Assembly: GCA_044229975.1 (NCBI GenBank) | Contig: JBGARZ010000019.1 | Location: forward strand, 64,001 to 128,000 | Source: Polyangiales bacterium | GTDB taxonomy: Bacteria; Myxococcota_A; Polyangia; Polyangiales; Ga0077539 | Reading direction: 5' to 3' | Length of the DNA stretch: 64,000 bases | Shown: positions 1-9,585 of the stretch, piece by piece | Numbering within the stretch: the stretch's first letter is position 1 | Layout of the letters: every line of letters begins with the position of its first letter | Made by a program: the position numbers and the translations under genes | The notes under the pieces: model-generated | Databases searched by the model: none | What the model saw: the letters and a program-made list of their open reading frames with translations, nothing else | Told to the model about the DNA's origin: nothing

Positions 1-668
1 GGGATGCCCGATGGGTGAGGCGCGGTGGAGCCGTTGATGCCGTAGGTGACGGCCGTGGCGCGCACGCTCAGGTCGTTGACCGTGAGCTCGGTGGTCTCAT
101 CGCCCGCGGTCGGTCCACCGAGGGCGGCGAAGCCCATCGAGCGCACCACCTCGCGGGTGCGTCGCAGGCCGTCCATGCCCTGGTCGAGCGCGTGGTTGTT
201 GCACAGCGACACGATGCGCGGGCGATCGCTCCGCCACGCGTCGAGGTACGCGGGGGGCGTGTTGTAGCGGAGCGTTTCGTACGTGTACGTCGGCACGGCG
301 AGCTCGGGGACCATCGGGGATTCGAGGTTGACGCACGCGAGGTCGGCGGCGGCGATGCGCTCGCGCAGGCGAGGGGAGAGGGCGTCGGCGAAGCCGCGAC
401 GGATCCACATGAGGTCGCCGCCGAGCACGACGCCGGTGGGGCGCGCGACGGGGCGTCGCCAGGTGCCGCCTTCGAGGTAGGCGCGGGCGCGCTCGGCGTG
501 GAGGCGGTCGGCCTCGGTCCATGGCGTGGTGCGGTGGAGGAGGCTCTTGGCGAGGTAGGGGAGGTTCTTGTCCCAGCGCCAGAGCGGCCACGCGCCGTCT
601 TCGTAGCGGGTGCGTTCGACGAGCGCGCCGAGCGCACCGAATGACGGGCGGGGAGAGGGGATGGACAA
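1..668 (-). CDS. CapA/PgsA-family metallophosphoesterase (3' end runs off the window)
   Basis: Not in the ORF track; translated by hand from TTG 668 (AGGAG just upstream): MSIPSPRPSF...VVLGGDLMW...CVNLESP...VSLCNNHALDQG. GD, NLE and NNH are CapA motifs. The frame stays open to the left edge. Confidence 0.75.
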   Translation of the reverse strand, partial: MSIPSPRPSFGALGALVERTRYEDGAWPLWRWDKNLPYLAKSLLHRTTPWTEADRLHAERARAYLEGGTWRRPVARPTGVVLGGDLMWIRRGFADALSPRLRERIAAADLACVNLESPMVPELAVPTYTYETLRYNTPPAYLDAWRSDRPRIVSLCNNHALDQGMDGLRRTREVVRSMGFAALGGPTAGDETTELTVNDLSVRATAVTYGINGSTAPHPSGI

Positions 669-675
669 GGAGCTC

Positions 676-3300
676 CTAGCGACCGTCGAGCACCTCTCGC
701 ACCCGGCGCAGGAGCGCGTCGGGCGTGATCGGCTTCACCAGGAACGCGATGCCCGAGTCGAGGATGCCGTGGCGGATGATGGCGTCTTCCGTGTAGCCCG
801 ACATGAAGAGCACCTTCATCGCGGGGCGCAGCGGCGAGAGGCGGTCGGCGAGCTCGCGGCCGCTCATGCGGGGCATCACCACGTCGGTGAGCAGCAGGTC
901 GATCTTGGCGCCGAACTGCTCGCAGATGAGGAAGGCCTCGCCGCCGTTGCGCGCGTCGAGCACGTTGTATCCGCCGCGCCGCAGGATGGTGCGAACGACG
1001 CTCTGCACCTGCTCGTCGTCCTCGACCACGAGCACCGTCTCGGTGCCGCGCAGCGTGGCGGGCTGCGGGGCCTCGGGCTCCTCCGCGTCGGGCTCGGCTT
1101 CGACGCGCGGGAGGTAGACCTTGAAGGTCGTGCCCATGCCGGGCTCGCTGTAGACCCAGACGTGGCCGCCGCTCTGCGTGACGATGCCGTACACCGTCGA
1201 GAGCCCGAGGCCGGTGCCCTTGCCCTTCTCCTTCGTCGTGAAAAACGGCTCGAAGATGTGTGACCTCACCGCGGCGTCCATCCCCACGCCGGTGTCCGTC
1301 ACGGCGAGCCGCACGTAGCGCCCCGGCGTCACCCCGTGGTGCGCGGCGGCGTAGTCCTCGTCGAGGGTCACGCACGCCGTCTCGATGGTGAGGCTGCCGC
1401 CCGTCGGCATCGCGTCGCGCGCGTTGACCACGAGGTTCATCACGACCTGCTCGACCTGACCCGGGTCGGCGAAGACCCGACCCTTCGGCGGCGTCGACAG
1501 GATGGAGAGGTCCACGCCGTCGCCCAGCAGTCGTTGGAGCATCTTCTCCAGGCCCGTCACCACCTGGTGGAGGTCGACCACGCGCGGGCGGAGCATCTGC
1601 TTGCGACCAAACGCCAGGAGCTGGTGCGTGAGCTCGGCCGCCCGCTCGCCCGCCTTGCGGATCTCGGCGATGTGCGGCCGCATCGGGTCGCCCTCCTTCA
1701 GCGTCGCGCCGAGGAAGTGCGTGTACGTGAGCACCACCGAGAGGAGGTTGTTGAAGTCGTGGGCGACGCCGCCCGCGAGCTGCCCCACGGCCTCCATCTT
1801 CTGCGCCTGGCGGAGCTGCTCCTCCAGCTTGCGGCGGTCGCTGATGTCCTGAAACGCGCCCTGCACCCGCGAGATGTCCCCCGCGGCGTCGCGCTCGGCG
1901 TGGCCGATGACGCGCACCCAGACCTCGCGCCCGGCGGGGGTCACGAGCTGCGCCTCGAAGTCGAAGGGCCGCCCCTGCGCCGCGCAGGCCGTCGCCCGCC
2001 GCCGCGCCATCTCCCGGAACTCCGGCGCAAACGCGTCGATCGCCTGCCGCGTCGTCGGCGTCGTCCCGGCGGGCACACCGTGGATGGCGCACACCTCGTC
2101 CGACCAGTCGACGCGCCCGCCCGGAACCTCGATGCTGAAGCCCCCGAGGTGCGCCGCGCGGACGGCGATGCGGAGCAGGGCCTCACTGCGTTCGAGCTGG
2201 CCGGTGCGCTCGCCGAGGGCGTCGAAGAGCCGTCGTCGCTCGCGCTCGTTGTCGTTGGCCTCGATGGTGAGCGAGATGTGGTCGGCGATGGCGCCGAGCA
2301 CCTTCACCTCCTCGGGGCCGAAGAAGTCCGTCGTGTCTCCGTAGATCGCGAAGATCCCCCGCGCGCCGTTGCCGAGCCGCAGCGGAAACACCGCGCAGGC
2401 GCGAAACCCGCGGCGCGCCGCGTCCTTCTTGAAGAAGAAGGTCGGGTCGTTGGCGATGTCGTTGGAGACGGCCGCGCAGCCCGTTCGCATGGCGCGCGCC
2501 GCGGGGCCCTGGTTGAGCCGCTCGTCGCGCATGCTGAGGCGGATCACGTCGAGGTAGCCCACGTCGCGGCCGAAGCTGGCGACCGGCTTCAGGTGGTCGA
2601 TGGCCTCCTCGTAGCGGCCCACCCAGGCGAGCTGCGCGAGGCCCTTCTCGACGGCGATGGCGCAGGCCATGTCGAGGATGGCCTGCGGGTCGCGCACCCG
2701 GACGATGGCCTCGTTGACGCTGCTCGACACGGCGTAGAGCCGCGCGAGGTGGTGTGCCCGCGCCTCGCTCTGGCGCAGCGAGCGCTCGGCCCGGTCGCGC
2801 ACGATGGCCACCGCGGCGAGGTGCGTCGCGGCGGTGACCCACGCGACCTCGCGCTCTTCAGGGCCGCGGGGCACGTCGTAGTACATCGCGAAGGTCCCGA
2901 GCAGCTCGCGCGTGGGCGAGAAGATGGGCGACGACCAGCAGGCGCGCAGGCCGCCCGACAGGGCGAGGTCGCGCACGATCGCCCAGTTGGGGTGCGTCGC
3001 GATGTCGTCGACGATGACGCGCTCGCGGCGGTACGCGGCCGCGCCGCAGGAGCCCACGTCGGGGCCCACCTTGATGCCGTCCACGACGGCCTGAAACGCC
3101 ACGGGGAGGTGTGGGGCGGCGCCGTGGGTGAGGGTCCCGCGCTCCTCGTCGAAGAGGAGCACCGAGCAGAGCATCCCTTCGGCCTGGCGCTCGATGAGCA
3201 GGACGATGGCTTCGAGGATCTTCGGCAGGGCGACGCCCCGCGTGACCTGTTCGAGCACGTCACACTGCGCCGCGTAGAACGACTCGTTCTCCCCAGGCAT
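676..3300 (-). CDS. Hybrid sensor histidine kinase/response regulator (GAF-GAF-PAS-HisKA-HATPase-REC)
   Basis: H-box [43 protein letters not shown]-terminal receiver LVVEDD...LLLTDVVMP...FLVKP. Confidence 0.95.
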   Translation of the reverse strand: MPGENESFYAAQCDVLEQVTRGVALPKILEAIVLLIERQAEGMLCSVLLFDEERGTLTHGAAPHLPVAFQAVVDGIKVGPDVGSCGAAAYRRERVIVDDIATHPNWAIVRDLALSGGLRACWSSPIFSPTRELLGTFAMYYDVPRGPEEREVAWVTAATHLAAVAIVRDRAERSLRQSEARAHHLARLYAVSSSVNEAIVRVRDPQAILDMACAIAVEKGLAQLAWVGRYEEAIDHLKPVASFGRDVGYLDVIRLSMRDERLNQGPAARAMRTGCAAVSNDIANDPTFFFKKDAARRGFRACAVFPLRLGNGARGIFAIYGDTTDFFGPEEVKVLGAIADHISLTIEANDNERERRRLFDALGERTGQLERSEALLRIAVRAAHLGGFSIEVPGGRVDWSDEVCAIHGVPAGTTPTTRQAIDAFAPEFREMARRRATACAAQGRPFDFEAQLVTPAGREVWVRVIGHAERDAAGDISRVQGAFQDISDRRKLEEQLRQAQKMEAVGQLAGGVAHDFNNLLSVVLTYTHFLGATLKEGDPMRPHIAEIRKAGERAAELTHQLLAFGRKQMLRPRVVDLHQVVTGLEKMLQRLLGDGVDLSILSTPPKGRVFADPGQVEQVVMNLVVNARDAMPTGGSLTIETACVTLDEDYAAAHHGVTPGRYVRLAVTDTGVGMDAAVRSHIFEPFFTTKEKGKGTGLGLSTVYGIVTQSGGHVWVYSEPGMGTTFKVYLPRVEAEPDAEEPEAPQPATLRGTETVLVVEDDEQVQSVVRTILRRGGYNVLDARNGGEAFLICEQFGAKIDLLLTDVVMPRMSGRELADRLSPLRPAMKVLFMSGYTEDAIIRHGILDSGIAFLVKPITPDALLRRVREVLDGR

Positions 3301-3341
3301 CGTCCGAGACTACCCGAAGTCGCGGCTGTCGATGGCGATGT

Positions 3342-4298
3342 CTACGGGGCCTTCTTGAGGAAGGCGTGGCCGTCGGCGACGTAGGTGGGGCCCGCCACGA
3401 AGGCCCGCCAGAACACCTTGAAGTAGCCGTCGAAGACGGGCGCGTCGCGGCGGTCGAGGGCCTCGCGCAACCGCTCGTGGAGGCGCGGGAGCTGATGACC
3501 GGGGACGCGCGGGAAGAGGTGGTGATCGAGGTGGTGGTTGAGGCCGCTCCACAAGAAGGCCCACGACCGCGTGGTGCGAACCGTGGTGGCCGTGTGGAAG
3601 CGGTCGCCCGCCCATTGGTTGGCGTAGTGGTCGGCGATGGATTTGAGGCCGTTCCAGGGGGTGGCGAAGAGGAAGGGGACGAACCAGAGCGCGACGACGG
3701 CGCGCAGCCAGCCATAGGGGATGAGCACGTAGCGCACGGCCACGACCCACACGAGCGCGTTGGCCGCGAGCTCGACGAGGTGACCACGCAGTGCGCGGCC
3801 GCGCATGAAGACCGCGGGGTAGAGCACCCCGAAGTGAAGCGGCGCGAGCGCGAGCCCGAGCGTGACCACCACGTAGAACTGCACCCGCACGAGGAGACCA
3901 TCGGCGCCGGCGTTGTAGGCGTCGGGGTCGCGGGCGGTGCGGTTGTAGCGGTGGTGCCGGAGGTGCGCGTCGCGCGCCGACCGAAACGGCACGAACGACA
4001 GCAGACTGAACAGGTGCCCGAAGACCGCGTTGAGCCAGCGCGTGCGGAAGAGGTTGCCGTGCCAGGACTCGTGACCGAGCTGCACCAGCCCGTTGGCGAA
4101 GAAGCCCGCCGCGACGAGCAGCGGCAGCGAGACCCACCACCGCGGGGCGCGCCACGCGAGCCAGCCGAGGCCGACGGTGATGCCCATGAGCAGCGCCGTC
4201 ATCGCGACCGAGCGAACGCCGTCGGGCACGAGCATCGCGCGGAGCTCCTCGCGGGAGACGCCGAGCTCCTCGGGGCGCGTGGGGTCGTGCGGCGTCAC
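3342..4298 (-). CDS. Membrane fatty-acid desaturase family protein
   Basis: Three His boxes (HESWH, HLRHH, HHLDHH) with hydrophobic segments between. GTG start overlaps the upstream TGA. Confidence 0.9.
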   Translation of the reverse strand: MTPHDPTRPEELGVSREELRAMLVPDGVRSVAMTALLMGITVGLGWLAWRAPRWWVSLPLLVAAGFFANGLVQLGHESWHGNLFRTRWLNAVFGHLFSLLSFVPFRSARDAHLRHHRYNRTARDPDAYNAGADGLLVRVQFYVVVTLGLALAPLHFGVLYPAVFMRGRALRGHLVELAANALVWVVAVRYVLIPYGWLRAVVALWFVPFLFATPWNGLKSIADHYANQWAGDRFHTATTVRTTRSWAFLWSGLNHHLDHHLFPRVPGHQLPRLHERLREALDRRDAPVFDGYFKVFWRAFVAGPTYVADGHAFLKKAP

Positions 4299-4909
4299 GC
4301 GCGGGCTCCGAAGAGGTAGCGCGGCGTGCGCTCACGGTAGGCGGTCCAGGCGTCGCCGAAGCGCGCGGCGAGGAAGCGCTCCTCGGCGATCACGAGGCGG
4401 TGCATGGCGAGGGCGAGCGCGACGACGAGGACGATCTGCGGGGCGCTCGGGTGCCAGAGGGTCATCCCGGCGAGGAAGGTCCACGAGCCGAGGTAGATGG
4501 GGTTGCGGGAGAGCGCGTGCGGGCCGCGGGTCTGGAGTGCGTCGGCGGTGTCGGCGTCGTGTTGTCCGACGCGGAAGGCGGCGCCCATGGCGTACTGACT
4601 CGCGGCCATCGTGACGAGACCGAGCACCGCGACGGACCACGACACCGCGGGCGGGATCGCGACCAGGGCCGGAGCGACGCGCACGAAGGACGGCGACAGC
4701 GCCGACGCGACGAGCGCGGCGGCCCAGAGCAGCGAGAGCGCGGCCACGAGGCGGGTGGCGCGACCGTGCTCGGTGGCGCCCGCGCGGTAGAGCACCAGCG
4801 GGTTGCGCCCGAAGCGGAGGCGATGGACGGCGGCCGAGCCGAGGTGGCCCACCAGCAGGTGCAGCGACGCGAAGGCGAGGTGAGGGAGCGGCGCCGACTG
4901 GAGGCTCAC
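4295..4909 (-). CDS. Isoprenylcysteine/phospholipid methyltransferase (ICMT/PEMT-like) membrane protein
   Basis: LQTRGPHALSRNPIYLG and AEERFLAARFGDAWTAYRERTPRY motifs. Start trimmed to GTG 4909 (GTGA overlap with the upstream stop). Confidence 0.85.
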   Translation of the reverse strand: MSLQSAPLPHLAFASLHLLVGHLGSAAVHRLRFGRNPLVLYRAGATEHGRATRLVAALSLLWAAALVASALSPSFVRVAPALVAIPPAVSWSVAVLGLVTMAASQYAMGAAFRVGQHDADTADALQTRGPHALSRNPIYLGSWTFLAGMTLWHPSAPQIVLVVALALAMHRLVIAEERFLAARFGDAWTAYRERTPRYLFGARA

Positions 4910-6192
4910 GCGATGACCTCGGCGCCCGGGCCGTGGTGGCGGGTGATCCAGGCGCGCGCGGCGTCGACGAAGGCATCGAGCTCGGCGGCGCTCCAGAGGC
5001 CCGCGAAGGACGCGCAATTGATGACGAGCGCGTCGCGGAAGGAGAAGCCCGTGGCGCCCCAGGTTGGCGTGTGGGCCTGGAGCGTGTGGATGGGAAAGGG
5101 GGCGGCGGTGAGGTAGCGATCGACGGTTCCGAGGTAGGTGACGACCATGGTGTTGGCGCGGCGCTCGGCGACGAGGTCGGGGCGCAGGTGGTCGCGCAGC
5201 ATCGGCCGCGTCGCGACGCGCGAGACGACGAGGCACTCGACGAGCGTGGCCCAGTGGACGCCCGCGCGGAGCATCGCCTCGACGGCGTCGGGCACGAGCG
5301 AGCGCAGGCGCGCGGGGTCGTCGAGCGCGGCGGTGAGCGCGTCGTCGTCGACCTCGACGGCGAGGGCGGAGCAGGCGTTTTCGAGGGTGACGCCGATGCC
5401 GAGCTCGCGGCGCAGGTCGACGGGCAGACGCAGTCGAACGGGGCGCGCGATGCGGGCCGGGTCGCGGGTCGCGGCGATGCCCGCGAGCATGGCGGCGAAG
5501 TAGAGCGACGAGCGCTCACGGGGCGTAGTGCTCGGCGAGAGCGGGACGCGCAGCGAGCGCAGCATGGGAGCGCCGATGGTGGCGCCCGAGTGACGGAGCG
5601 ACTGCCCGCGCGAGGCGAGCACGCGGTGCTCGGACCGGGCGAGGGCGGCGACACCCGCGGGGCGCAGCGCCGCAGCGAACAGGGCGCGGCGGTCGCTCAT
5701 GGCGGGCTCGCCGAGGCGCGAGCCCTCGGTGGGGTGACCCGCGCACCACTCCCAGAAGCGACGCGTGAGGAAGAGCGACGCGCGCCCGTCGCCGAGCGAG
5801 TGGTGAAGCTGGATGGCGAGCAGCGTTCGGGGGGGTGCGCCGTCGGTGAGGGGCACCGTGGTGATGCGCACCGGGATGTCTCGCGCGAGGTCGATGGACT
5901 CGGCGATGAGCGCGGCGGTGGCCGCAGCGAGGGTCGCGGGGGGATGCTCGCGGACGGCGTCACGGAGGTCGCGCTCGGTGGCGGGCTGCGGGCGCCAGCG
6001 TCGCGCGGGCGAGTCCCAGCGGGAGTTGAGGCGCGGTGTCTCCGCGACGAGCGCGGCGAACGCGCGGCGCAACGTGTCGGGCGATGGCGGGGCGTCGGTG
6101 GTGAAGAGGCCGGTGATCCAGATGGTCGCGACGGCGCCGTCGGCGTCGGCCAGCAGGCGGTCTACGTAGTTTGCGCGCACCGGGTCATCCAC
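4906..6192 (-). CDS. Stand-alone condensation-domain/CoA-dependent acyltransferase (HHxxxDG)
   Basis: LAIQLHHSLGDG catalytic motif, LRRAF..LVAETPRL and PVDLRRELG. The ORF extension upstream of 6192 is shadow sequence; the exact start is uncertain (6192 or 6180). Confidence 0.75.
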   Translation of the reverse strand: MDDPVRANYVDRLLADADGAVATIWITGLFTTDAPPSPDTLRRAFAALVAETPRLNSRWDSPARRWRPQPATERDLRDAVREHPPATLAAATAALIAESIDLARDIPVRITTVPLTDGAPPRTLLAIQLHHSLGDGRASLFLTRRFWEWCAGHPTEGSRLGEPAMSDRRALFAAALRPAGVAALARSEHRVLASRGQSLRHSGATIGAPMLRSLRVPLSPSTTPRERSSLYFAAMLAGIAATRDPARIARPVRLRLPVDLRRELGIGVTLENACSALAVEVDDDALTAALDDPARLRSLVPDAVEAMLRAGVHWATLVECLVVSRVATRPMLRDHLRPDLVAERRANTMVVTYLGTVDRYLTAAPFPIHTLQAHTPTWGATGFSFRDALVINCASFAGLWSAAELDAFVDAARAWITRHHGPGAEVIA

Positions 6193-7121
6193 CCTTCGAC
6201 GAGGGGCGCGGCGGTGCCGGTGAGGGCGGACGCGCGGAGGTTGGCGAGGGCGTCGCGTCGCGCCTCGCGGGGGAGCCGTTGGAGGACGATCTCGTCGGGT
6301 CGCGTGGCGTGCAGGCGCACCCCGACGGGGACGAATCCCTCGGACTCGAAGCGGGGGAGGGAGAGCACGCGAGCGTCGGTCGGGAGGTGCACGAGATCGG
6401 TGCGGGCGGCGCTGTGATCGGTCACCGACGGGTCGCGCACGACGACGCGGCGGGTGAGGTCGATGGCGGTGTTGTGCTCGAAGGTCTCGGTTCCGACGGA
6501 GGGCGCGGTGCCCGTCGCGATGTCGGTGGCGAGGCCGAAGCTCGCGAACACCGAGCGCAGCCAGTCGCTCCACGGGCCCGGCGGGAGGAGGCGCGGTCGC
6601 TCCGTGGTGGGCGCGAGGCGCGAGGTCATGGTGACGGCGTCCATCGGGCGGTCGATGGCGGGCCATCCGATGAGGTGCTCGCCCACCGCGTAGCCGACGA
6701 TGACCCCGGCGGCGCGGGCGCGCATGTAGCGCTCGGCGTAGCGCTGCGCGAGGGGATGGCGGGTGGTGGTGTTCTGGTGGATGAGCGGGTGCGTTGCGGC
6801 GACGTCGTCGAGGATGCGCCGCCACGCGACCGCGTCGGGCGTCACGCCGCGCGCGCGGGGTCGCTTGAAGGACATCCCCGACTCCACGTAGTCGCCGCGC
6901 GGGTCTTTGTAGAGGATGCCGGTGTGCCCCGCGAGGCGACCGTCCTCGTCGAAGTCACCCCACAGCTTCGCGCGCTTCTCCCGCAGGAGACGCGCGACGC
7001 CGCCGGGCTCGTAGAGCGATCGGTACGAGTAGGTCGCGCCGTACACGTCGCGCAGGAGGCCCTGAAACGCCGGCTCGTCCTCCTCGCCGAGTGGGTGCAT
7101 GCCGACGCGGTGCTCGCGCAT
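6162..7121 (-). CDS. Hypothetical protein with probable N-terminal GNAT-like acyltransferase fold
   Basis: VYGATYSY...GRLAGHTG...VESGMSFKRPRARG...TTRHPLAQR resembles a degenerate GNAT pattern. Lies within the operon. Confidence 0.5.
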   Translation of the reverse strand: MREHRVGMHPLGEEDEPAFQGLLRDVYGATYSYRSLYEPGGVARLLREKRAKLWGDFDEDGRLAGHTGILYKDPRGDYVESGMSFKRPRARGVTPDAVAWRRILDDVAATHPLIHQNTTTRHPLAQRYAERYMRARAAGVIVGYAVGEHLIGWPAIDRPMDAVTMTSRLAPTTERPRLLPPGPWSDWLRSVFASFGLATDIATGTAPSVGTETFEHNTAIDLTRRVVVRDPSVTDHSAARTDLVHLPTDARVLSLPRFESEGFVPVGVRLHATRPDEIVLQRLPREARRDALANLRASALTGTAAPLVEGWMTRCAQTT

Positions 7122-7131
7122 GGCGGTGATG

Positions 7132-8316
7132 CTACCCCGCGCCGCGAGCGTCGCCCGTCGCGACCTCCGCCCGCCGGGTGAACACCGCGTGCATCCCCGC
7201 CGCGAGCGCGCTCACCGTCGCCGCCGCGCCCCACATGACGGGTCCGCCGAAGCGCTCGCGGAGGCCGGGGCCCAGCAGCGGCGCGAGCATCGAGGCGCTG
7301 GCCCAGCAGAGGGAGAAGGCGCCCTGGTAGGTTCCGCGTCGGTCGGGCGGGGCGACGTGCGTGACGAAGGTGGGCGACGCGCCCGAGAAGGCCACCTCGC
7401 CGAGCGACACGATGGCCATCGACGCCACGAAGCCCGGAACGTCGCGCGCAAACGCCGCCACGACGGCCGCCGACGTGACGAGGAGCGCGGCGAGGGTGAG
7501 CAGTCGCCACGACGGTTGTCCTCGCGTCACGCGGAGGAAGGGCGGCTGCAACGTGACGATCACCACGCCGTTGAAGGCGGCGATGAAGCCCACGTCGACG
7601 ACGCTCAGACCGCGCGCCCGCTCCTGCAACGGCAGCGTCACGAACGACTGGATGAACACCAGCAGCACCATGAACTGCGCCGCCGCGAAGCCCAGGAAGC
7701 GCGGATCAGACAGCGCGCGCGGCAGGCCCGTGATGCCCGCCTTCTCGCGGCCCTCGGTCTCGGGCGGGCGCGTCTCGGGGACGAACGCGTAGATGATGCC
7801 CGCGAGCGCCACGGTGGTGAGCGCGTCGCCGACGAAGAGCCAGCGGTAGCCGTGGCGGCTGAGGGTTCCGCCGAGGAGGGCGGCGAAGGTGAACCCGAGG
7901 TTGACGGCCCAGTAGAAGTACCCGAACGCGCGCTGGCGATCGGCGGGCGGGACGACGTCGCCGACGGCCGCCGAGAGCGCGGGGCCGTAGCCGTTGCACA
8001 CGCCGTGGGCGAAGGCCGCCGCGGCGATGCAGGGCCCGGCGGGGGCGATGCCGAAGAGGAGCAGCACCGCCGCGCTGCACGAGGTCAGGACGAGCAGCGT
8101 GCGGCGTCGGCCGAAGCGGTCGCTCGCCCAGCCGCCGAGGGAGGCGCCGAAGAGCCCGCCGAGGCCGAAGAGCGAGAGCACCGTGCCCGCGCGGGCGGCG
8201 GTGTAGTGGTGGTGTTCGGTGAGGAAGAGCGGGAGGAAGGTGAGGACGAAGCCGCCGAGGCGGTTGATGAACTGCCCGACCCAGAGCACCCAGTAGACGC
8301 GCGGCAGGCCGAGCAT
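7132..8316 (-). CDS. MFS transporter
   Basis: Motif A GWASDRFGRRR and about 12 hydrophobic segments. Confidence 0.92.
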   Translation of the reverse strand: MLGLPRVYWVLWVGQFINRLGGFVLTFLPLFLTEHHHYTAARAGTVLSLFGLGGLFGASLGGWASDRFGRRRTLLVLTSCSAAVLLLFGIAPAGPCIAAAAFAHGVCNGYGPALSAAVGDVVPPADRQRAFGYFYWAVNLGFTFAALLGGTLSRHGYRWLFVGDALTTVALAGIIYAFVPETRPPETEGREKAGITGLPRALSDPRFLGFAAAQFMVLLVFIQSFVTLPLQERARGLSVVDVGFIAAFNGVVIVTLQPPFLRVTRGQPSWRLLTLAALLVTSAAVVAAFARDVPGFVASMAIVSLGEVAFSGASPTFVTHVAPPDRRGTYQGAFSLCWASASMLAPLLGPGLRERFGGPVMWGAAATVSALAAGMHAVFTRRAEVATGDARGAG

Positions 8317-8334
8317 CGACGGGGCCGTCGGGCT

Positions 8335-9573
8335 TCAGTAACCGGGCGGGAGGATGACGCTGGAGAGCGGGACGCGCTGCGCCATGTCGGCCGTCCAGGT
8401 GATGGGGCCGTTGAGGTAGTCGACGTGGAGGTCGGTGTAGCCGCCGAAGTAGCCGGTGCCCGACGGGTCACGCGCGGTGCCCCAGGAGTTCTTGATGCGG
8501 AAGAACTCCACGGTGCCGTAGCGCGCCGCGAGCTCCTGATCGGCCTCGGAGGCGAGCTCACCCGCGCGCAGCGTGCGCTCGGGCTGACCCGGCTGGCGCA
8601 CGACGACCTGGTAGTCCTCCATCGAGGTGAGGTGGCCGCCCTGGCGCCCCGGCGACGTGAGGTTCGACATGCGGAAGACGCCCGTCGATGACATCGCGTT
8701 GAAGTCCACGAGCCAGGAGACGAGCACCGGCTGGTTGTCGTTGAGCGCGCGAATCACGCGCTGCTGGAAGCGCGTGCGCTCCGTCGCGCTGGTCGGGTAC
8801 GAGGCGCTGCGCCACGCGAAGCGGCCGTAGCCCGAGACGTCGGCGAGCGTTCCGTCGAGCTGCTGCGCGCGGCCGTTGCTGTACCGCGACGTGCGCGCCG
8901 GGATGGAGCTGAGCGGGCGGAAGTACCCGTCGGGCGTGGTGCGCGACGACGGGAGCGTGGTGGCGCCGCGCGCGCCGAAGACGCGGGTGATCTCCGCGCG
9001 CACGCTGTCGTTGAGCTGCCACGCGGTGAAGAGCGTCTGGAGGACGAGCGCCGGGTCGCGGCGGGCCGCGGTCGTCGCGAGCGCGCCGCCTTCGTTGAGG
9101 GCGGTGTTGATGGCGCGGAGCGCGTCGGCCTGCCGCGTCGAGCGGTCGATCGTCGCCTCCTCGGGGATGAACTCACCCTCGTACACGACACCGCGCGCAC
9201 GCAGGATGGTCATCGCGCCGTCCCACCAGCCGCCCGTGGGGACCTCCCAGCGGCCCATGGTCTGCGTCGCGCGGCCGCCGGTGATCTTGCCGTACCAGTC
9301 CCAGAAGGTGATCCAGCTCTCGGAGATGTTGATGTCCTGGCCGGTGCGCGCGCGGTGCAGCGACTCGGCCCACCCGGTGGCCGCGTAGGACCAGCAGTTG
9401 CCGATGGACTGGTTGCGCACCGCCGTGTGGTTCACGTCGGTGACGGGCTCGACGTACTCGCCGCTCTCGTCGATGGCCGTAGCTTCGTCCGTGGCGCAGC
9501 CGCTCATCGCGGGGACGGCGAGGGACAGGAAGAGGCCGAGGCGCCAACCGCGGCGCCAGCTTGGGAGGGTCAT
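8335..9573 (-). CDS. Papain-like C1 cysteine peptidase, lipoprotein
   Basis: VRNQSIGNCWSYA (Gln and Cys), GGHL (His), IKNSWG (Asn). Lipobox MSGC; AAGGAG RBS. Confidence 0.85.
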   Translation of the reverse strand: MTLPSWRRGWRLGLFLSLAVPAMSGCATDEATAIDESGEYVEPVTDVNHTAVRNQSIGNCWSYAATGWAESLHRARTGQDINISESWITFWDWYGKITGGRATQTMGRWEVPTGGWWDGAMTILRARGVVYEGEFIPEEATIDRSTRQADALRAINTALNEGGALATTAARRDPALVLQTLFTAWQLNDSVRAEITRVFGARGATTLPSSRTTPDGYFRPLSSIPARTSRYSNGRAQQLDGTLADVSGYGRFAWRSASYPTSATERTRFQQRVIRALNDNQPVLVSWLVDFNAMSSTGVFRMSNLTSPGRQGGHLTSMEDYQVVVRQPGQPERTLRAGELASEADQELAARYGTVEFFRIKNSWGTARDPSGTGYFGGYTDLHVDYLNGPITWTADMAQRVPLSSVILPPGY

Positions 9574-9585
9574 GAACATCACTCC

